Positions 9,613 through 19,356 of a stretch of 64,000 nucleotides of DNA are shown here, one piece after another. How positions within the stretch are numbered: the stretch's first letter is position 1; every line of letters starts with the position of its first letter. The notes beneath the pieces were generated by a model. That model saw only the letters and a program-made list of their open reading frames with translations. It had not been told where the DNA came from and made no database searches. Position numbers and translations under genes: made by a program. The DNA lies in assembly GCA_963675665.1 (NCBI GenBank), contig OY776510.1, positions 1,888,001-1,952,000 of the forward strand, read 5' to 3'. Source of the stretch: Spirochaetia bacterium. GTDB lineage: Bacteria; Spirochaetota; Spirochaetia; UBA9216.

Positions 9613-11145
9613 TCAGTTTCTTTCCAGCCCTGCGATTTCCAGGCCGGACAGGATAAGTTCGACCAGCTCCGTTTCTTTAACATAATTGGTTAAGAAAAAA
9701 CGTACGCCTTTATTAACTGCCGGACATTGTCTTACCAATTCGTCCCGGTATGCCCGGGCTTCAGCTATATTTCCCAACAGTCCGAGAGCCGCCGCAGTAT
9801 AGATGTAATGCCAGAGAACATCCCCCTGATTAAAACGCCTCGCCTTATCAATTACCTCTTCGTAATCCATCTGTCTGAGATGATACTGACAGGTTAAATG
9901 ATTAAACCATCCCGGGTAGTCGGGAATAAGAGAAAGTGTATTTTCCAGAATGGTTCGTCCTGTTTCCCATCCGCCCCCAAGGGAATAAAGAAGAGCTCCC
10001 GTAGCCATGGAAAAGGCCGAGACGTTTCTGGATCTGAAAAGCCTTTCGGTAAGTGATCCGAGAGCCTCGGAATCATTTTCATGAAAAGCCTTCCTGATTC
10101 CGCAGACAAGTGCGTCCTCACCTGCCGGATCCAGCTCCTGGGCTTCCGCGGCAAGTTTCAAAGCCTTCTCCCTGTAGAATTTAAAGGATTCATCATGATT
10201 TACCATTGCGTTCCAGTCTACATCCATACAGAAATCCCAATATGTCTGGGATAGAAAAGCCCTTAGATCTCCCCGGTTTTCGTGTTTGTTTATCATCCTC
10301 TCAAGGGCTATCCTCAGACGTCCGGCAATTCCGGGCTCCATAAGTTTCTTGTGAAGAACAAAGAGTATGCGGATACCGAGAATATCATCAGGAATCTCTT
10401 CGGATGTCTGCATCTCTTCGCCGAGAAGATCATAGAGAACTCCTCCCCGTCCCGTTACAACAGCCGATACCTGCGCAGCAACAGCCTCCGCCATTTTAAT
10501 CGGAAACCGCCCCGGGCTTTTCAGCGGAAAACTCTCGGTCCAGACTATGGCTCCGGAATCAGTTCTGAGCAGATCGCAGTACAGGATAAAACTTCCCCTG
10601 CGCTTGTAAATCTTGCCTGTAAGCTGGAAATCGGATGCAGCTTCTCCCTCACCCAGAAGTGAAAAATCTTCCGAATTGCCTATGGCCTTTTTAAATTCCT
10701 GAAAAAGCAACTCTGAAAAAAGTGTCGACTCTTTGGAAGAGAGCGATTCGAACGGTTTGACGGAAAGTGATGGCTGTTTTGTCCCGGTTTCGGAGCCCGG
10801 TAACCGCGAGGCACGCAGTCGGAATCTGGGAATGTATCCTCCCTTGGGAATGGATATTTCGACGCCGACGCCCTTTTTGGCAAGGTAGTACTGTTCCAGA
10901 CGCTTGCGTAATCTTCCCGCTTCAATGCGGACGGAAGGATCCGCCTGGGGAAGAAAATCGTTCCCTTTCTGAAAAACTTCTATCCCGATTGTGTATTCTT
11001 TCAGCCGGTCGTCCCGTCCTGCAAGTGTTTCTTCTACAATGTACTTAAGGAAGGCACTGGACCTGCAGGCGCTCTGAAAAAGACGATCGCCTAGAATACT
11101 GTCGAGTTCTTCCCTGATAGAGGCCGGTGACGGGTTTTCCTGCAT
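9613..11145 (-). CDS. Putative regulator: N-terminal winged-helix-like domain, TolB-N-like domain and TPR region
   Basis: FLKYIVEETL..LKEYTIG.EVF...DP.VRIEAGRLR.RL..YY...IPKG.Y.P.F N-terminus; helical repeat C-terminus. Confidence 0.7.
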   Translation of the reverse strand: MQENPSPASIREELDSILGDRLFQSACRSSAFLKYIVEETLAGRDDRLKEYTIGIEVFQKGNDFLPQADPSVRIEAGRLRKRLEQYYLAKKGVGVEISIPKGGYIPRFRLRASRLPGSETGTKQPSLSVKPFESLSSKESTLFSELLFQEFKKAIGNSEDFSLLGEGEAASDFQLTGKIYKRRGSFILYCDLLRTDSGAIVWTESFPLKSPGRFPIKMAEAVAAQVSAVVTGRGGVLYDLLGEEMQTSEEIPDDILGIRILFVLHKKLMEPGIAGRLRIALERMINKHENRGDLRAFLSQTYWDFCMDVDWNAMVNHDESFKFYREKALKLAAEAQELDPAGEDALVCGIRKAFHENDSEALGSLTERLFRSRNVSAFSMATGALLYSLGGGWETGRTILENTLSLIPDYPGWFNHLTCQYHLRQMDYEEVIDKARRFNQGDVLWHYIYTAAALGLLGNIAEARAYRDELVRQCPAVNKGVRFFLTNYVKETELVELILSGLEIAGLERN

Positions 11146-11151
11146 AGAGCA

Positions 11152-12756
11152 CTACTCCGGAGGCATTTCGTTAAATGTTTTACTCAGATCCAGTCCGCGT
11201 CGGGACTGAATTCTTTTCCATATAAGATACCATAAGCCTCCGGAAATCCAAACAACAATATTTATTATAATCCACCATGAATGAAGTTCCTTGAATTCCT
11301 CATTAATAAAAAAGCCGGTTAAAAGCAGCCCTGTTAACAGTAATGAGGCAGCACCTGCAATAGTGGCAATCGGAATTTTACCCAGTCGCCAGAAACGATA
11401 TGGAGAAAGATTCCAAATTGGTTTAACTTTTTTGCTGAAGGGTATAATCATGGCTGCAATGGCGGTAAAAGAAAATACGGATAAAAGCTGCATAATTCCT
11501 ACCGAATAAGAATATCTTATTTCAGAGTATTTACCGAAAAACAGCAGACCCAGCTGGCTGATGACAAGCATAGTCAGCAGGAGAAAAACAGGTTCTCCGT
11601 TACTGTGCCGGTTAATTGTAAACCATTTAGGTCCGACACCATCTTTCCCCCATGCCATCGCAGCCCGGCTCCACGCAATATATGAGAAGACTATCCACAG
11701 CCAGTTTGACGCCAGAAAAGCAAAACCAAGCAGGATTCCGACTCCCCGCTGAAAACCGCTCAGAAGAGCGGCAATATTTATATAGTGAAGCCTGAAAGGA
11801 ACATTTACGCTGTCTCCGCCCTTTTCGGCCAGCCAGGCAACGGCGTGCATCCCCTCCCATCCGAGCATCCTGCTGTATTCCAGCACAATCCAGAGCATAA
11901 AAAAGCCTGATATCAGGGTTGTAAGAACCTGTGAATGAAGAATATTAACCCGTGGTTTTTTTATCTCTCCTGCGATAAAGATAACTACGTATCCGTAAAT
12001 CATTCCCCAGCTGACCGGCAGCATAAGGCCAAGGGTGTTTTTCCAGTTCCAGCTGTCGGGAATGCCTCCCATTTCCGTTGCTGCAAGCTCAATCATTTCA
12101 TTAAAACGCAATCCTGCGCTGCCGGATACAAAGCCGTCCCACAGGTTGATAAAATCCTGATGACTTGTCCGTGAAAAGAGTATGCCGACCGCCATGACTG
12201 CAATCAGTGAAATGCCTACCAGGACCCGCTGTATTTTAAAGAAACTTCCCATTCCCGTCATTGCAACAAGGAAGGCTGATACATTTACAAGTGTTGTACC
12301 CAGATAAAGACCCCATCCGCTGTTAAAGAAGGCGAGGGCGGACTCTTCGGTTCCTGTTATTCCGACCAGCAGCGGAACCCCGACTTGCCAGAACCACGGG
12401 GCAAGAACGCAAATCCAGGCCAGCATTATAAATGCCCCGTTCCAGAAACTGATAATCATCCCCAGCATCGGGTGAAATATTCTTGAGTTATATACGTAGG
12501 AACCGCCGCTTCGGGGCATGGTTCCGCCGAGAATTCCCCAGACAAGCGCATAACCGAATAATATAAGGATGAAGGTCAGTATATTGGCTGCAAGTATATT
12601 ACCGCCCGGCGACCAGGCAAACCCTGATAAAGTCATCCAGATGGATACGGGCAGGGCGTTATTCATAAGCCCGAAAAGAGTGGCATCCAGGAGGCCTCCG
12701 GTACGTTTTAAACCGGGCCCTTTCGGGGTTAAGTTTTCCAGTCTCGATAATTCCAT
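11152..12756 (-). CDS. APC family amino acid/polyamine permease
   Basis: MPRSGGSYVYNSR, AGEIKKP, SRAAMAW.KDG motifs; more than 12 hydrophobic segments. Confidence 0.85.
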   Translation of the reverse strand: MELSRLENLTPKGPGLKRTGGLLDATLFGLMNNALPVSIWMTLSGFAWSPGGNILAANILTFILILFGYALVWGILGGTMPRSGGSYVYNSRIFHPMLGMIISFWNGAFIMLAWICVLAPWFWQVGVPLLVGITGTEESALAFFNSGWGLYLGTTLVNVSAFLVAMTGMGSFFKIQRVLVGISLIAVMAVGILFSRTSHQDFINLWDGFVSGSAGLRFNEMIELAATEMGGIPDSWNWKNTLGLMLPVSWGMIYGYVVIFIAGEIKKPRVNILHSQVLTTLISGFFMLWIVLEYSRMLGWEGMHAVAWLAEKGGDSVNVPFRLHYINIAALLSGFQRGVGILLGFAFLASNWLWIVFSYIAWSRAAMAWGKDGVGPKWFTINRHSNGEPVFLLLTMLVISQLGLLFFGKYSEIRYSYSVGIMQLLSVFSFTAIAAMIIPFSKKVKPIWNLSPYRFWRLGKIPIATIAGAASLLLTGLLLTGFFINEEFKELHSWWIIINIVVWISGGLWYLIWKRIQSRRGLDLSKTFNEMPPE

Positions 12757-12804
12757 CTGCTTCCCTTTTAAGGGAGCATAGCATACATAACGCCTGAATG
12801 GAAG

Positions 12805-13419
12805 TTATTTAAAGACAGCGGATCTTTTATCAATAAGGATAAGCATGGCCCCCACAGCTATAAAAGCTGCAATAACAATTACAAGCTGGATGATAAAGCT
12901 GATAAAGGGTTGGTTTAAAAAATCAAGAAAAGGGTAGCGGAACTGCCCGGTTATTGCTCCTTCAGCAAGGCTTTCAACAAGATAGGCGGCAGGATATATT
13001 AACCAGAGTTTTAAATGGTTCCAGCTAATGAAACCCCTCCGGCGATTAATCAGGTAGTCTGTGATAAAAAGCAGCGGGGTAACCGTATGCGTTATAATCA
13101 TGCTCAATGCATCAATTCCGGTAAATTCCATGAAAGGTGCAAGCAGGCTGTTATAGACAAGGCAGGTTATCAGGATGTAGAGGGTTAAAGCTCCGTGGAT
13201 AGCCGGGTGGAACCGTCCGGATTTCGGCAGAGAAGTCCCGCTCTGAAACAGATTGAATACTTCCGAAATCAGAAATCCTGATACAAGCAGATTGCTCTGC
13301 ATGGTGAAATAGGTCAGGATGTACAGGTTTGCTCCGCTTCTGAATGAGGTGATTATGATAAGAGCGGAGCCTGCGACGGCGCTCAGGGTTGTAGTCAGCC
13401 TGATAATCTTCCCCAACAT
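12805..13419 (-). CDS. Pr6Pr family membrane protein
   Basis: YFTMQSN, ITCLVY..LL, HTVTP, YP..Y, YPFLD. Confidence 0.8.
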   Translation of the reverse strand: MLGKIIRLTTTLSAVAGSALIIITSFRSGANLYILTYFTMQSNLLVSGFLISEVFNLFQSGTSLPKSGRFHPAIHGALTLYILITCLVYNSLLAPFMEFTGIDALSMIITHTVTPLLFITDYLINRRRGFISWNHLKLWLIYPAAYLVESLAEGAITGQFRYPFLDFLNQPFISFIIQLVIVIAAFIAVGAMLILIDKRSAVFK

Positions 13420-13424
13420 GTTCT

Positions 13425-14996
13425 TTAATCCCTTAAATCATCCGACAGCGCATCAAGATTTGCAAGAGCGTTTTCAAAGTCCGGATAGGTTTCTCTTGCC
13501 GCGCCGATTGTCAGGCCGGTTTCCACATCAACAAGCTTGCAGTCGAGACTGACTGCGTCTTCCAGCTTTCCGAGTGTGACGAATACGATAGCTTCAGCTG
13601 CGACCAGGCGGCCTATCTCAAGCTGCCGTGTATCATCGGTTACCGCTTCCATTGAAAACCTTATTTCGGCTAATAGTCTTTTAACCTGTTCCCTGTCGAT
13701 TACATCATAGAATCCGGAGTTCAGAAGCTCGGTTGATAAAGACTCCTGAAGGACCGGGCCGTAATGCGCAGGAATTCCGGGGGAGAGTACAGGGTTGTTA
13801 ACTGTGACGGTAAGCGCATCCGTTGGAGACTTTTCAGCCAGTGATTTCCAGACATCCTTTCTCTCCGCCTTGAATTTTACTGATGCCTCATCAAGATTTC
13901 CGGCGATTATAGCTTCTTTAAGTTCCCTGATTGTTTCTGTCTGGCTGCCGAGTACAGGCGTGTTGTAGGGATTTATTGATAAATCGGCGCAGTCTTCAGC
14001 CAGTCCTACTGTCTGCATTGTTTTCGGAAGGCTTCCGGTTGTCAGGTATTCCTTGCAAACGAGGTAAATCCCGTTGCCCCACTTTTTCTGTGTCGAGGTG
14101 AGAATGTGCTTATAGGGCTGATCTTTCAGCGCCGCTTCAAGCCCCTGGTCAAAATTGCACCCGATTAACCAGCCGTTGACCTCGCGGGCTGCATCCAGAA
14201 TACCCTTTTCCGCTATTCCGGCGGCTTGGTAGATGCATTTAACTCCGTTTTTATATAATCCTGTTGCAAGCCGGTAGGTTTCCCTGTTGTCGTTAAAATC
14301 ATCAGGGTATTTAACGATCACGTCGGTGTATGTTCCCTGTAGATAATCCATATATTCGACGCCCTCTATAAATGGATCGATATAGCCTGTATTTATGAAT
14401 TCCTGATCAAGATCACCAATGACGCCTAATGTTTCTCCCGCAAAACGTTCCGCTGCTACCGCCCCTGCAATGAAAGCGGCTTCTCCGACCTCAAATTTCA
14501 CCTCAAGTATGTTCGGTATTGAAAAGGACGATACAATATCCAGTACAATAAACTGCTTAATACCCTGCTCGTTTAAATAGTAGAAGGGAAGGCCGTATTG
14601 ATAACCGGCCCCGATTACCAGATCAAAAGCCTGAAGTCCGAAGCCGGCAATCTCCGAGGTTATCTTCTGAGCAGCTTCATAATCCGAGCCTCCGTCGGTT
14701 CGGAAAATTCTGAACGTCACTTCTTCACCGAATTCTACGGTCTCATGGGCGCCCTCAATTACTCCGTTGAACTCATGCGCCAGCCTGTTTATACCGACCA
14801 TAACGTCTTTTGATACGGGGTCATCCGGGTTGTCTTTATTCGGAAGTAAAACCGCGATTCGCGGCACAGTATTCTGGGACTTGACATCTCCGGAAACGGT
14901 TTTTCCAACGGATGGGCGGGGAGTTGTATCGATCAGTGAAAAACAGGAGGTCATCAGCAGAAAGGCTGAAACTGACAATACAACAATTTTTTTCAT
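13425..14996 (-). CDS. Lipoprotein: BMP/PnrA-like binding domain fused to a CsgG/FlgO-like C-terminal domain
   Basis: Lipobox LMTSC; E.AFIAG.VAA, IYQAAG..KG, ILTS..K BMP motifs; C-terminal VIDREQV..LL.E...IGRL..A...KLVDVETG. Confidence 0.7.
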   Translation of the reverse strand: MKKIVVLSVSAFLLMTSCFSLIDTTPRPSVGKTVSGDVKSQNTVPRIAVLLPNKDNPDDPVSKDVMVGINRLAHEFNGVIEGAHETVEFGEEVTFRIFRTDGGSDYEAAQKITSEIAGFGLQAFDLVIGAGYQYGLPFYYLNEQGIKQFIVLDIVSSFSIPNILEVKFEVGEAAFIAGAVAAERFAGETLGVIGDLDQEFINTGYIDPFIEGVEYMDYLQGTYTDVIVKYPDDFNDNRETYRLATGLYKNGVKCIYQAAGIAEKGILDAAREVNGWLIGCNFDQGLEAALKDQPYKHILTSTQKKWGNGIYLVCKEYLTTGSLPKTMQTVGLAEDCADLSINPYNTPVLGSQTETIRELKEAIIAGNLDEASVKFKAERKDVWKSLAEKSPTDALTVTVNNPVLSPGIPAHYGPVLQESLSTELLNSGFYDVIDREQVKRLLAEIRFSMEAVTDDTRQLEIGRLVAAEAIVFVTLGKLEDAVSLDCKLVDVETGLTIGAARETYPDFENALANLDALSDDLRD

Positions 14997-15073
14997 TATT
15001 ATATGATAAACCATGATCCGGTCCGTGTAAAATAAAAGGCCGGTTTTTGTTGTGTCTGATGATGTGCCGCCTG

Positions 15074-15808
15074 TTACTTAAACCGTATTGAGTACTCAAT
15101 CGGCTTGTCAAGCAGAAGGACTCTGATCAACGGTGTTTCGAATGTAACCGAATTACCCTTTGCGGTTCCGCCTTTCTGGCTGATAAGTTTACCCTTGATG
15201 TTTATGGTTGTCGTTATTATGGAATTTCTGATGAGATCGCCTCCGCCGTCGCCAAGCGCGTACTCCATCATTTCGAGATATTCGTCCTCGGTTATTCCCT
15301 GGTTTTCAAGCGGTCCGAAAGTCTGAAACAGCGGTTCTTCTACTATAGGGAAAAGCGGTGCAAGGTCGTTGAAGTTGTCGATATCTATATGGATTTTTAT
15401 TTCTTTTTCGGTTCCGTATTCATTAAAAGAAATTATCCGCTTCTGAAGTGTTTTTTCGGTTTCGGTTATAAGCTGCTCGATATTATCAAAGCTCAGTTCG
15501 GCTGTTATTCGCCGGTCGTCCTGGTTTTTGATGGATTTCACCTTAATGCCGGGATTTTCTTCCATGCCTTTTCTTATTTCCTCTACATTGAAAAGCGGGC
15601 TGTCCGCGTTATCGCCGGTAAGTTCGGCAAGACTCTTCAGATAAAAAACAAGAGCATCGTCAAGGACTGTTACAGTAGACGCTGTTCCGGATCCGTCTGA
15701 AGACAGATTCACTTCATTTTTTACCGAACATGAGAATAGAAGGAAAGATGCTAAAAGAAATATACTCACAACAATTAGATTTAAAGTTACGGATTTTAAT
15801 GTTTTCAT
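15074..15808 (-). CDS. Hypothetical lipoprotein
   Basis: Signal peptide with LLFSC lipobox followed by V.LSSDGSG; clean ORF. Confidence 0.65.
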   Translation of the reverse strand: MKTLKSVTLNLIVVSIFLLASFLLFSCSVKNEVNLSSDGSGTASTVTVLDDALVFYLKSLAELTGDNADSPLFNVEEIRKGMEENPGIKVKSIKNQDDRRITAELSFDNIEQLITETEKTLQKRIISFNEYGTEKEIKIHIDIDNFNDLAPLFPIVEEPLFQTFGPLENQGITEDEYLEMMEYALGDGGGDLIRNSIITTTINIKGKLISQKGGTAKGNSVTFETPLIRVLLLDKPIEYSIRFK

Positions 15809-15896
15809 GGTGATTAATTTAATACTTTTAAGTGGTTTTATCAATGTTATAGGAAATAATGGATCCATGAAGAATGGAGTGAATATAAAATCATGA

Positions 15897-15926
15897 TTCC
15901 AGCAGGAGTATAAAACCCTGCTGGAA
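15897..15926 (-). terminator. Stem-loop downstream of the lsrF-like gene
   Basis: TTCCAGCAGG...CCTGCTGGAA 10-bp inverted repeat; weak U tract. Confidence 0.55.
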
Positions 15927-15943
15927 AATGATAAAACTATTTT

Positions 15944-16825
15944 CTATATTTTTTCTTCAGATTTTATCTGCTGATAAATTTCAAAAGCTTCTTTAGGTTT
16001 GGCGTTTTCGTGAACTACAGCATTTACTGCAGTCATCATGCCTATCGGGGAATCAGACTGGAATATATTTCTGCCCATATCAACACCTGCCGCTCCCTGG
16101 TCTATTGCCCTGTAAGCCATCTCCAGAGCATCCATCTCGGGGCGCTTCTTGCCGCCGGCTATTACTATCGGTACAGGACAGCAGGCCGTGATTGTTTCAA
16201 AGTCCTCATCCGTGTAGTAGGTCTTAATTATATGTGCTCCAAGCTCGGCGCACATTCTTGTGGCAAGCCTGAAATACTTGGGCGTTCGCTCCATCTCTTT
16301 CCCCACGGCAGTTACAGCCATTGTCGGAATTCCGTAGCGTAGCCCGGCATCTACCAGCTTCGTCATGTTAATAACACTTCGTGATTCAAACTCGGCGCCG
16401 ATAAATACCTGTATTGCGGTTCCGCATACCCCAAGTCTCAGGCAGTCTTCCATATCCATTGCTAAATTCTCATTGGATAATTCCTTGAGAATGCTCGGTC
16501 CGCCCGAGGCCCTTATCATTACAGGTTTTGTTACCGACGGTGGTACTATTGAGCGAAGCACGCCGCGGGTGCACATAAGTGTGTCCGCATACTGGACCAG
16601 CGGCATTATATCAATATCAATCCTTTCAAGTCCCGTTGTAGGTCCCTGAAAATATCCGTGGTCTATCGCCAGCATTATGGTTTTTCCGTCTTTCGGATTA
16701 AAAACCCTCGACATCCTGTTTTTCATTCCCCATCCAAGCTCGTTAGAACCCTTTAGAAAAAACAGTTCCGACTTCGCTGGTATGTCGGTATGATATTGTT
16801 TTCCTTCTACATCAGCTTCAGGCAT
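15944..16825 (-). CDS. lsrF: LsrF-type thiolase / DhnA class I aldolase family
   Basis: [47 protein letters not shown]. Confidence 0.85.
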   Translation of the reverse strand: MPEADVEGKQYHTDIPAKSELFFLKGSNELGWGMKNRMSRVFNPKDGKTIMLAIDHGYFQGPTTGLERIDIDIMPLVQYADTLMCTRGVLRSIVPPSVTKPVMIRASGGPSILKELSNENLAMDMEDCLRLGVCGTAIQVFIGAEFESRSVINMTKLVDAGLRYGIPTMAVTAVGKEMERTPKYFRLATRMCAELGAHIIKTYYTDEDFETITACCPVPIVIAGGKKRPEMDALEMAYRAIDQGAAGVDMGRNIFQSDSPIGMMTAVNAVVHENAKPKEAFEIYQQIKSEEKI

Positions 16826-16876
16826 TTTTTCCTCCTATAGAATTTTAAAAGTAATAATTAGAAATCATGGAGAGTC

Positions 16877-17458
16877 TTAATTATTCTCTTTCTGGTATCC
16901 GTTTTCATCCCGGAAATCATCAAGGGACAACCCTTTCGCTTCAAGTTCGTCAAGCAGGATTTCAAGGCCCCACTTGGCCCCGTCGCCCACAGCCATACAG
17001 CATTTATCATCGTCATGGTGCGCGCCTGCTGCCCTGAATAGTTCTTTTTGATCATCGTCTCTTAAATCAAAAGCTCGTCCGTAAACTTTTTCCTGAACTC
17101 CACGGCACATAGCGCTTCCGTATTTTTCAACGTATTTATCATGTATGGCTTTTGTCATCCTGAATGAAACATATTTATCTTCGCGACCTTTCTCTGTTGC
17201 TTCTTCTGCTCGGGTCCTGCCGAAAAAGGAGGCCATAACCATAGAGGCACCTGTATAGCCACCACAGTTTCCGGTAGTACATTCGCCGCCGCCGCCGGCC
17301 AGGCCGCTTCCGGCTTTATATACCATGTCGTTTTTGATGCCTATAGCGTCGTAGATACCTGCAATAGCACACTGGGCGCATCCCCGATAATCCCTTTCAT
17401 ACTGGAATCCCAGATCGTACGCTTTTTTTAATAATTCTTCTCTTTTTGCTTTATCCAT
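16877..17458 (-). CDS. C-GCAxxG-C-C family putative redox-active protein
   Basis: GCAQC, GLAGGG...CGGYTG, YGS.MCR, terminal CC. Confidence 0.85.
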   Translation of the reverse strand: MDKAKREELLKKAYDLGFQYERDYRGCAQCAIAGIYDAIGIKNDMVYKAGSGLAGGGGECTTGNCGGYTGASMVMASFFGRTRAEEATEKGREDKYVSFRMTKAIHDKYVEKYGSAMCRGVQEKVYGRAFDLRDDDQKELFRAAGAHHDDDKCCMAVGDGAKWGLEILLDELEAKGLSLDDFRDENGYQKENN

Positions 17459-17589
17459 GAATTATTCTCTCCTGTTATAGTTTTCTGCCTTGATAAGCAG
17501 ATCCTTGAAATAAAGTTTAAAAGCTGTATTTTTGACTTCAGAATAATAAAAATTTATTGAATAAATTCAGTTATTACACCTGTATTTCC

Positions 17590-18357
17590 TTATTTATATG
17601 TCGAGCCTCCGTCGACAATGATGTTCTGACCGCATATGAATCCTGCCTGATCTGAGGCTAGAAAAAGAACTGTATTTGCAATATCTTCGGGTTTCCCAAG
17701 GCGCCCTACCGGCAGCCTGGATAAAAGTTCCTTCTTTTTTTCAGGATCCTTATATCTGGTTTTAAGGATGTCGGTCTCAATGAGAGCGGGAAGAACTGCA
17801 TTGACTGTAATTCCGCTTTGGGCGACTTCTTTCGACAAAAACCTCACGAGTCCGTTTATTCCTGCCTTTGCGGCGGAATAGAAGGGGGCTCCTCCTCCTC
17901 CGGAAATTGATCCGGCAGATCCTATAAAAATTATTCGGCCGGACTTGTTCGGAAGCATAAATTGCAAAGCTGATCTGGCAATAAAAAAAGCGCCGGAAAG
18001 GTTTACATTTATTCCGTTGTTCCATAATTCATCAGTAGTTTCAATGGTCGGGGTCGGTTTTGTAAAACCAGCACAGTTTACTAAGATATCAATTTTTCCG
18101 AAATTCTCTACAGCAGTTTTACATATGGAATCGCAAATACCGCTGTCTGTTATGTCGCCTGCAACGGAAATGCATTCACCTTCGTATTTTGAAAATTCTG
18201 ATTTTAATTTCCTGTATCCGTCTGCGTCTGCCTGTGTATCCAGATGATTTACTACAATTGAAGCTCCGGCTTCGGCAAAAGCAATGCTTGTGGCATAGCC
18301 TATGCCTCTGGTTCCGCCGGTTATGACGATGGATTTTTTATTAAAATCAACCAACAT
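17590..18357 (-). CDS. Short-chain dehydrogenase/reductase (FabG-like)
   Basis: TGGTRGIG, NCAG, YSAAK, GITVNAVLP, VDGG; GGAG RBS before ATG 18357. Confidence 0.92.
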   Translation of the reverse strand: MLVDFNKKSIVITGGTRGIGYATSIAFAEAGASIVVNHLDTQADADGYRKLKSEFSKYEGECISVAGDITDSGICDSICKTAVENFGKIDILVNCAGFTKPTPTIETTDELWNNGINVNLSGAFFIARSALQFMLPNKSGRIIFIGSAGSISGGGGAPFYSAAKAGINGLVRFLSKEVAQSGITVNAVLPALIETDILKTRYKDPEKKKELLSRLPVGRLGKPEDIANTVLFLASDQAGFICGQNIIVDGGSTYK

Positions 18358-19147
18358 TTTTTTCTCCAGTTTCGGCAATTATTAATTCAATGCCTAATTT
18401 ATTTATGTGTTCTTTATATTCATTATTTATTCCGCTGTCGGTTATAATAGTATCGAATTGCTCCAAATCGGCGAAAAATGTGTTGTTAATTTTTCCGAAT
18501 TTTGTTGAATCTGAGACAAGGATTGCCTTCTTTGCAGATTTGATCATCGCTTTTTTGATGTCAGCTTCAAAATCAAAGTATGTTGTAAGCCCAAGTTTTG
18601 TATCGATACCGCCGGTTGATATGAAAACCTTATCAGCACGCAGTTCCTTGATTAATTCTATTGAATATTTACTGTGAAATGCATTTGCGTCCCTGTTGTG
18701 ATATCCTCCGGCAAGAATGAGTCTGATGTTTTTTCTTTGATAAAATTCAAATGCATTTTCAAGTGTGTAGCAAAGAACGCTTAGTTTCATATCCATGTCG
18801 ATATTTTTAGCTATATAGGGGGTCGTCGAGCCGGAATCCAGAAAAATAATATCATCCTGATCTATCATTGAAGCACTTATTTTTCCTATTGCACTTTTTT
18901 CAGAGGAATTTTTTTCGATTTGTTCTCTGATTATGTAAGGATTATTAATTAAGTTATCCTGATCTTTTAATATTGCCCCGCCGTGAATTCTTTTTACTAC
19001 ATCTTCCTGTTCAAGCTCTGTTAAATCACGTCTGATAGTCATTGGCGAAACATCTATCAATTCTGCTATTTCATTAACTTCCATTTCTTTATTTTCTGAA
19101 AGAAGATTGATTATTTTATTGAGACGTTGTTTTTTTTCCTTTCCCAT
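18347..19147 (-). CDS. DeoR/GlpR family transcriptional regulator
   Basis: VSPMTIRRDL, RIHGGA, LDSGSTT, DSTKFG. Confidence 0.95.
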   Translation of the reverse strand: MGKEKKQRLNKIINLLSENKEMEVNEIAELIDVSPMTIRRDLTELEQEDVVKRIHGGAILKDQDNLINNPYIIREQIEKNSSEKSAIGKISASMIDQDDIIFLDSGSTTPYIAKNIDMDMKLSVLCYTLENAFEFYQRKNIRLILAGGYHNRDANAFHSKYSIELIKELRADKVFISTGGIDTKLGLTTYFDFEADIKKAMIKSAKKAILVSDSTKFGKINNTFFADLEQFDTIITDSGINNEYKEHINKLGIELIIAETGEKNVG

Positions 19148-19164
19148 ATCTTATCCTGTATTTA

Positions 19165-19323
19165 ATGAACAAAAAACTGTTAATTTACTGTAAGGATATA
19201 CATAAAACAAACGTTATGTCAACTAAAAAATGGTATAAGAATAATACAATGATAATTTCTTGATCGAAATAAGTTCGTATGAACAAAATTTGCTTGACAA
19301 AAAAAAGATTATGGGATTATTGT
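19165..19323. promoter_or_regulatory. Divergent promoter region with repeated ATGAACAAAA boxes (candidate DeoR operators)
   Basis: ATGAACAAAA at 19165 and 19279; TTGACA 19294-19299 with TATTGT 18 bp downstream. Confidence 0.45.
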
Positions 19324-19356
19324 TATAGCTATATGTAAGACATTTAAGGAAATCAG

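Noticed and set aside
17551-17567. AATTTATT-G-AATAAATT as another palindrome family member
   Set aside because: Only 8 bp of pure A/T in an AT-rich region; plausibly chance.
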